Part shown: positions 1 to 6,509 of the stretch, one piece after another | Position numbering within the stretch: the first letter of the stretch is position 1 | Layout of the letters: every line of letters starts with the position of its first letter | Source: Mytilus trossulus | Taxonomy: Eukaryota | DNA: 64,000 nucleotides | Direction: 5' to 3' | Assembly: GCF_036588685.1 (NCBI RefSeq) | Contig: NC_086383.1 | Coordinates: forward strand, 71,176,001-71,240,000 | Translations under genes and position numbers: made by a program | The notes under the pieces: model-generated | Seen by the model: only the letters and a program-made list of their open reading frames with translations | Told to the model about the DNA's origin: nothing | Databases searched by the model: none

Positions 1-456
1 ATCGCCGCTTTGAAAGAACGTGGAGGTTCCTCAAGGCAAGCAATTCTGAAGTACATCATGGCCAACTTCAACGTCGGAAAAGATGCCAAGTCAGTAAATG
101 CTCATTTAAAACTTGCACTCAGAGCCGGAGTTAAGAACAACAGTTTGAAGCAGTCCAAGGGAACTGGAGCATCCGGCTCTTTCAGAATTGGAGAGGCTAA
201 AGTGGTTAAAAAGAAGCCAGCAAAGGCAAAAAAAGCAGCCAAACCTAAGGCCGCCAAGCCTAAGAAGGCAAAGACCACACCCAAGAAAAAGAAGCCAGCA
301 GCAAAGAAACCAGCTGGAGAGAAAAAGGCGGCCAAACCAAAAGCAAAAAAACCAGCAGCAAAGAAAGCAGCCAAGCCAAAGAAGCCAGCAGCCAAGTCAC
401 CAGCCAAAAAGAAGGCAGCCAAACCAAAAGCCAAGAAGACACCAAAGAAGAAGTAA
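1..456 (+). CDS. H1: Histone H1 (linker histone), copy 1, 5'-truncated by the window edge
   Basis: Reads IAALKERGGSSRQAILKYI...GTGASGSFRI...KKTPKKK-stop, identical to the full copies. The ORF-track start at 10 is an internal TTG. Confidence 0.97.
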   Translation: MAALKERGGSSRQAILKYIMANFNVGKDAKSVNAHLKLALRAGVKNNSLKQSKGTGASGSFRIGEAKVVKKKPAKAKKAAKPKAAKPKKAKTTPKKKKPAAKKPAGEKKAAKPKAKKPAAKKAAKPKKPAAKSPAKKKAAKPKAKKTPKKK

Positions 457-494
457 ACTGTTCCAGACTTCAGTCTGCAGAGGCTATTCAGCCA

Positions 495-520
495 CCAAAA
501 GCCCTTTTAAGGGCTACCCA
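495..520 (+). terminator. Histone mRNA 3' stem-loop (SLBP-binding 3'-processing signal), present after every copy
   Basis: CCAAA-AGCCCT-TTTA-AGGGCT-ACCCA: a 6-bp stem and 4-nt loop (500-515) with canonical flanks, 44 nt after the stop. Other copies (16-mer), plus strand: 4026-4041, 6553-6568, 10080-10095, 13606-13621, 17133-17148, 20659-20674, 24187-24202, 27704-27719, 31216-31231, 34735-34750, 59770-59785, 63295-63310. Minus strand: 36268-36283, 39787-39802, 43298-43313, 46822-46837, 50348-50363, 53874-53889. Confidence 0.96.
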
Positions 521-527
521 ATTTATT

Positions 528-536
528 CAAAAAGAA
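528..536 (+). promoter_or_regulatory. Purine-rich histone downstream element (HDE, putative U7 snRNA pairing site), every unit
   Basis: CAAAAAGAA lies ~13 nt after the stem-loop, the expected position and composition (compare sea-urchin CAAGAAAGA). Confidence 0.7.
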
Positions 537-734
537 TCTACAATTGTTGTACATTAGTTATCAAACTAAATCTAGCTGAGCCCTACTTTCTCTGAACTTT
601 GCACTGGTCTCTGAAATATTTTTTTGGTCAAATTATTTCCATTGTTTGTTTTATTTCACTCCTTATGACTATACTATTTCTAACACCTAAATATGCAGCT
701 GTTGTTTTGGATATTTTTTGTGTAGTTAGGCACC

Positions 735-783
735 ATTAAAGTTATATCAGTGTATTTTCACGCACTTGTTAGAACTGAATAAA
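735..783 (+). terminator. Candidate polyadenylation signals (ATTAAA 735-740, AATAAA 778-783), every unit
   Basis: Both hexamers lie 280-325 nt after the stop and are followed by T/GT-rich sequence. The AT-rich context lowers specificity. Confidence 0.45.
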
Positions 784-1680
784 ACTTTTTCTAATCAGTT
801 TTCGTTAGAATGACAATCTACGAAAATAGGAAGTCATGCTAGGGTTTTATTGTGCTCTTTTTTTAGGGGGAAGGGGGTCAAAATCACACAGCTAACCTTC
901 AACCGAAAAATCATTTTTGTCATTATATGAGTTTTTCCATTTCTCTCTTCTTCTTCGTGTTCAACTTGACTGACATTTTTAGTTGGACTTTTTCTACACG
1001 TATGCAAAGTCAAAGGTTGGCTCACTATTTCATATCAACTAGTCAATGGGGAGGTAACTCTGAAATTAAACTCAGTACTTTTTTTCAGTACTATATAAAT
1101 AAACTGTTAAAATGTACACAATACAAAAGATGTATAACGTATCGTCAAAATCAGATTAGTAGCAAATGAATGCAGTGACGTTTGTCTGTTATATATTTAT
1201 TTTTTTATTTATTATTTGTCAAAATTACTACAATAATATTGTGTATTAAAATTTAGAAGGAAACTCTAAAGTACGGAGGTTTTTGTTCAACATTTAACAG
1301 TTCTGCAATTATTTTGTCATTTTATTACCTGCGATTTATTATGCAAATTTCACTATTCTCTACCTTTCGAATTTCACCTTTGTTTTACTCGTGTATAAAA
1401 TAAATGCACCTACTTGTTTCTATGTTTCTTTCAAATGGTTGTCCTGTGATTTTTCTCTTCTTTTTTCTCTCTGTTATTTAGTGTGTGACGACTTGACTGT
1501 ATCTTTGCTATGTCTTTTTAATCTGTCGACAGCACGCGAGGTGAATCAACCCGAAACAATACAGTGACGTCACATGTGACTACTGTGATGAACAAAAACA
1601 AGGATGGATGGACGGACAGTGGTACAAAAGTAAGAAAAAGTTATTTCTCTGATAACAGGTATCGCGTGAATTGTAGGTTC

Positions 1681-1813
1681 ACGGTATAGGTTTTTTTCTC
1701 TCATTTTTGAAGATCATCTATACAGTTGTCTATAATTGCTTACATCCACTTCATTTGAACTATGGTGGATAGTTGTCTCATTGGCAATCATACCACATCT
1801 CCTTCCTTATTTT
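1681..1813 (-). mobile_element. Truncated copy of an abundant Mytilus interspersed repeat (MITE/Helentron-associated-like), one per unit
   Basis: The minus strand reads AAAATAAGGAAGGAGATGTGGTATGATTGCCAATGAGACAACTATCCACCATAGTTCAAATGAAGTGGATGTAAGCAATTATAG...CTTCAAAAATGAG...CCTATACCGT. I recognise this from memory as the head of a high-copy mussel repeat. The classification is not verified. Confidence 0.65.
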
Positions 1814-3229
1814 CATATTGAAATGACAGCACCTTAACGACACACACAAACATAGCCTACTAGTATATACGTACATGGGAGACTGAGAAAATCTGTGCTT
1901 ATTGGAAAATGATAAAAAAAAAAAAAATCTTTAAGGTATGCTATGACTAAGCTTAAAATATAAGGTAGATAGGGAGTAGGAAGCACACATATTCTTTTTT
2001 TTATTTGGCCTTAATGAAGAAGAAAACCACACACACAGCATATTACATCTTGTACTAACATCCATTAAACGCTATGCTAATATGTCTTCAAAAGAGAACC
2101 CTATTATATATCCCCCCTTTTTTCTCCGGATTTTGTTTTTTTGGAAAAAGGGGGAGGGGCTGGCGGTTTAGTTCAATACAGTGGGAAAATGTTTTGCCCA
2201 AAGTCCAATGGTTCACACTGATGTGTTTTTGTCCTTCCGTCTCTTTTTAATCGTCCGTGTCACGGGATGCTGCTTCACCCGTTACCGGTTCTGGGTTCAC
2301 TTGCATAGCTTATATAGGTATAATGCATATGTATAGCTAGAGTCTTCACTGTGACACACATTCCCCTTTTTGAGGGGAAATAAATGAACTTTTGTAATTG
2401 TCCATTAAGATACAAATGATATGTACCACTTTCGAATTATAAAACTACAAAAATCTTCGTGTTTTGTTTTTGTTTTTGTTTGTATCGAAACTTTCAGGCG
2501 GCCAGGCCACTTTGAGCTCTGATCATCGGTTATTGATAATAAAATTAATTAAATATATTTTGTTGAAAAATATGGTATATTCTATAAGACATATTCGAGT
2601 TTTTGACTTGAAAGTGCGCAAATTGTACATGAAAATGGAAATAAAAGCGAATGTGCATCATACAGAACAGTTGTTCAGTGCCTGAGATCCACTGAAAACA
2701 AAGTCGCTCTCTGAAAAGTTCCCAACGCTAAATTAAATAAAAAGATGTTTCAAATTCGTATTCTAGATATTGGGTTTGTTCATTCGAATCTTGAATGTTT
2801 GCGAAATTTCGCTCGGGTTGAATAAAAATGTTATTTGAAGTTTTAGTAAAAATCTGCAATTAAACAATGGCGCGTGAACTTTTTGTGTGTTTCCCTCTAG
2901 CTGGAAACAAACTTATTACGAGGAGGAACATGCTTCCAGTGAATAAAAACGGAAAGAAACCTAGAGAGAAATGATTTTTCTTCCGCTGTACAATTTTACG
3001 ACGATAGAATATTTGTGTAATGAGAAAAACTCGTAAATTTTCTGTCAACATACCTGCGAAGACAATTCAGTCGGTTCTACTTTAACTATTAATATCTTTT
3101 TACTGTGTACATCGAAAAATACACAGTTTATCTAACATGCAAGATTAATGACTGTTGAGCAATTTGGTATGCTATATGTGAATGTTTTTGATAGAATTAT
3201 ACTATAAATTATCATAAAAGTCTTCGAAG

Positions 3230-3236
3230 AAGCACA
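3230..3236 (+). promoter_or_regulatory. H1-box-like (AC box) element AAGCACA
   Basis: One mismatch to the H1-specific AAACACA box, ~175 nt upstream of the ATG. A perfect inverted TG box (TGTGTTT) lies at 2886-2892. Confidence 0.4.
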
Positions 3237-3298
3237 TAATCATTTTACCGAGATCGCGTAATGGATTTTACAAGTTATTTTTAAGGGTGTCTTCGTCG

Positions 3299-3324
3299 AG
3301 GTCCGCGTTCGTCTGTTATAAATA
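3299..3324 (+). promoter_or_regulatory. H1 core promoter: H4-box-like AGGTCCG (3299-3305) plus TATA box TATAAATA (3317-3324), every unit
   Basis: TATAAATA is 90 nt upstream of the ATG. GGTCCG, the H4 site II/HiNF-P-type core, ends 11 nt upstream of it. I see no CCAAT or ATTGG within ~250 bp of the ATG. Confidence 0.8.
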
Positions 3325-3406
3325 AACGAGGCCTGGAATGGCGTTATTTTCAAATCGTTATTCGTAGTATAAACTTCGTAAAGGATAATATTTTGAATCA
3401 TTCAAA

Positions 3407-3982
3407 ATGGCAGACGCAACAGCAGCACCAGCAGTAGCACCAGCTAAATCACCAAAGAAAAAGGCAGCAGCCAAGCCAAAGAAGCCTTCCGCACATCCTA
3501 AATACAGCGAGATGATTGGAAAAGCCATCGCCGCTTTGAAAGAACGTGGAGGTTCCTCAAGGCAAGCAATTCTGAAGTACATCATGGCCAACTTCAACGT
3601 CGGAAAAGATGCCAAGTCAGTAAATGCTCATTTAAAACTTGCACTCAGAGCCGGAGTTAAGAACAACAGTTTGAAGCAGTCCAAGGGAACTGGAGCATCC
3701 GGCTCTTTCAGAATTGGAGAGGCTAAAGTGGTTAAAAAGAAGCCAGCAAAGGCAAAAAAAGCAGCCAAACCTAAGGCCGCCAAGCCTAAGAAGGCAAAGA
3801 CCACACCCAAGAAAAAGAAGCCAGCAGCAAAGAAACCAGCTGGAGAGAAAAAGGCGGCCAAACCAAAAGCAAAAAAACCAGCAGCAAAGAAAGCAGCCAA
3901 GCCAAAGAAGCCAGCAGCCAAGTCACCAGCCAAAAAGAAGGCAGCCAAACCAAAAGCCAAGAAGACACCAAAGAAGAAGTAA
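3407..3982 (+). CDS. H1: Histone H1, copy 2 (191 aa)
   Basis: Tripartite H1: Ala/Pro/Lys N-tail, winged-helix globular domain (HPKYSEMIGKAI...GGSSRQAILKYI...KGTGASGSFRI), and Lys/Ala/Pro-rich C-tail with S/TPxK motifs. Intronless, with upstream TATA and downstream histone stem-loop. Confidence 0.99.
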   Translation: MADATAAPAVAPAKSPKKKAAAKPKKPSAHPKYSEMIGKAIAALKERGGSSRQAILKYIMANFNVGKDAKSVNAHLKLALRAGVKNNSLKQSKGTGASGSFRIGEAKVVKKKPAKAKKAAKPKAAKPKKAKTTPKKKKPAAKKPAGEKKAAKPKAKKPAAKKAAKPKKPAAKSPAKKKAAKPKAKKTPKKK

Positions 3983-6180
3983 ACTGTTCCAGACTTCAGT
4001 CTGCAGAGGCTATTCAGCCACCAAAAGCCCTTTTAAGGGCTACCCAATTTATTCAAAAAGAATCTACAATTGTTGTACATTAGTTATCAAACTAAATCTA
4101 GCTGAGCCCTACTTTCTCTGAACTTTGCACTGGTCTCTGAAATATTTTTTTGGTCAAATTATTTCCATTGTTTGTTTTATTTCACTCCTTATGACTATAC
4201 TATTTCTAACACCTAAATATGCAGCTGTTGTTTTGGATATTTTTTGTGTAGTTAGGCACCATTAAAGTTATATCAGTGTATTTTCACGCACTTGTTAGAA
4301 CTGAATAAAACTTTTTCTAATCAGTTTTCGTTAGAATGACAATCTACGAAAATAGGAAGTCATGCTAGGGTTTTATTGTGCTCTTTTTTTAGGGGGAAGG
4401 GGGTCAAAATCACACAGCTAACCTTCAACCGAAAAATCATTTTTGTCATTATATGAGTTTTTCCATTTCTCTCTTCTTCTTCGTGTTCAACTTGACTGAC
4501 ATTTTTAGTTGGACTTTTTCTACACGTATGCAAAGTCAAAGGTTGGCTCACTATTTCATATCAACTAGTCAATGGGGAGGTAACTCTGAAATTAAACTCA
4601 GTACTTTTTTTCAGTACTATATAAATAAACTGTTAAAATGTACACAATACAAAAGATGTATAACGTATCGTCAAAATCAGATTAGTAGCAAATGAATGCA
4701 GTGACGTTTGTCTGTTATATATTTATTTTTTTTATTTATTATTTGTCAAAATTACTACAATAATATTGTGTATTAAAATTTAGAAGGAAACTCTAAAGTA
4801 CGGAGGTTTTTGTTCAACATTTAACAGTTCTGCAATTATTTTGTCATTTTATTACCTGCGATTTATTATGCAAATTTCACTATTCTCTACCTTTCGAATT
4901 TCACCTTTGTTTTACTCGTGTATAAAATAAATGCACCTACTTGTTTCTATGTTTCTTTCAAATGGTTGTCCTGTGATTTTTCTCTTCTTTTTTCTCTCTG
5001 TTATTTAGTGTGTGACGACTTGACTGTATCTTTGCTATGTCTTTTTAATCTGTCGACAGCACGCGAGGTGAATCAACCCGAAACAATACAGTGACGTCAC
5101 ATGTGACTACTGTGATGAACAAAAACAAGGATGGATGGACGGACAGTGGTACAAAAGTAAGAAAAAGTTATTTCTCTGATAACAGGTATCGCGTGAATTG
5201 TAGGTTCACGGTATAGGTTTTTTTCTCTCATTTTTGAAGATCATCTATACAGTTGTCTATAATTGCTTACATCCACTTCATTTGAACTATGGTGGATAGT
5301 TGTCTCATTGGCAATCATACCACATCTCCTTCCTTATTTTCATATTGAAATGACAGCACCTTAACGACACACACAAACATAGCCTACTAGTATATACGTA
5401 CATGGGAGACTGAGAAAATCTGTGCTTATTGGAAAATGATAAAAAAAAAAAAAAATCTTTAAGGTATGCTATGACTAAGCTTAAAATATAAGGTAGATAG
5501 GGAGTAGGAAGCACACATATTCTTTTTTTTTATTTGGCCTTAATGAAGAAGAAAACCACACACACAGCATATTACATCTTGTACTAACATCCATTAAACG
5601 CTATGCTAATATGTCTTCAAAAGAGAACCCTATTATATATCCCCCCTTTTTTCTCCGGATTTTGTTTTTTTGGAAAAAGGGGGAGGGGCTGGCGGTTTAG
5701 TTCAATACAGTGGGAAAATGTTTTGCCCAAAGTCCAATGGTTCACACTGATGTGTTTTTGTCCTTCCGTCTCTTTTTAATCGTCCGTGTCACGGGATGCT
5801 GCTTCACCCGTTACCGGTTCTGGGTTCACTTGCATAGCTTATATAGGTATAATGCATATGTATAGCTAGAGTCTTCACTGTGACACACATTCCCCTTTTT
5901 GAGGGGAAATAAATGAACTTTTGTAATTGTCCATTAAGATACAAATGATATGTACCACTTTCGAATTATAAAACTACAAAAATCTTCGTGTTTTGTTTTT
6001 GTTTTTGTTTGTATCGAAACTTTCAGGCGGCCAGGCCACTTTGAGCTCTGATCATCGGTTATTGATAATAAAATTAATTAAATATATTTTGTTGAAAAAT
6101 ATGGTATATTCTATAAGACATATTCGAGTTTTTGACTTGAAAGTGCGCAAATTGTACATGAAAATGGAAATAAAAGCGAA

Positions 6181-6280
6181 NNNNNNNNNNNNNNNNNNNN
6201 NNNNNNNNNNNNNNNNNNNNNNNNNNNNNNNNNNNNNNNNNNNNNNNNNNNNNNNNNNNNNNNNNNNNNNNNNNNNNNNN
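6181..6280. other. Assembly gap (100 N)
   Basis: Exactly 100 N. The unit phase jumps from spacer to mid-CDS across it. Confidence 0.99.
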
Positions 6281-6509
6281 AAAAAAAGCAGCCAAACCTA
6301 AGGCCGCCAAGCCTAAGAAGGCAAAGACCACACCCAAGAAAAAGAAGCCAGCAGCAAAGAAACCAGCTGGAGAGAAAAAGGCGGCCAAACCAAAAGCAAA
6401 AAAACCAGCAGCAAAGAAAGCAGCCAAGCCAAAGAAGCCAGCAGCCAAGTCACCAGCCAAAAAGAAGGCAGCCAAACCAAAAGCCAAGAAGACACCAAAG
6501 AAGAAGTAA
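6281..6509 (+). CDS. H1: Histone H1, copy 3, 3' fragment only (5' part lost in the N gap)
   Basis: Sequence after the gap encodes KKAAKPKAAKPKK...KKTPKKK-TAA (6507-6509), followed by the normal 3' UTR. Confidence 0.93.

Noticed and set aside
102-445. Antisense ORFs over H1 (110 aa MAFGLAAFF..., 61 aa MVSSWLL..., and 85 aa MASFPTLK... at 3358-3615) that look like membrane proteins
   Set aside because: These are shadow frames. The reverse complement of AAG/AAA/GCA/CCA codons gives Leu/Phe/Ala/Gly/Trp with few stops. They have no promoter or independent support.
188-595. 135-aa +1-frame ORF (MERLKW..., Q/R/K-rich) in every unit
   Set aside because: It starts at TTG, not ATG. It stays open because Lys/Ala/Pro codons lack T at position 2, so +1-frame stops are rare. 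It also crosses the mRNA cleavage site.
1914-1928. Poly(A) tract varying by 1-3 nt between units, considered as a retroposon tail or unit marker
   Set aside because: No target-site duplication is evident, and homopolymer length variation is within sequencing error.
2280-2300. ACCGGTTCT and repeated GGTTCAC (1676, 2210, 2294) as possible 5S rRNA, tRNA B-box or nuclear-receptor sites
   Set aside because: The matches are only 7-9 nt. There is no extended 5S similarity, no cloverleaf or A-box/B-box spacing, and no paired half-sites.
834-3051. Short spacer ORFs (63, 80, 73, 63 aa) recurring in every unit
   Set aside because: Their recurrence only reflects unit identity. They have no recognisable domain and an AT-rich F/I/K/L composition, several use non-ATG starts, and they are freely altered by indels between units.
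3185-3220. Imperfect AT-rich palindrome TGATAGAATTATACTATAAATTATCA
   Set aside because: It is almost all A/T with bulges, as expected by chance at this composition.
5993-6487. ORFs spanning N gaps (also 35949-36211 and 57102-57432)
   Set aside because: These are artefacts of translating through Ns.
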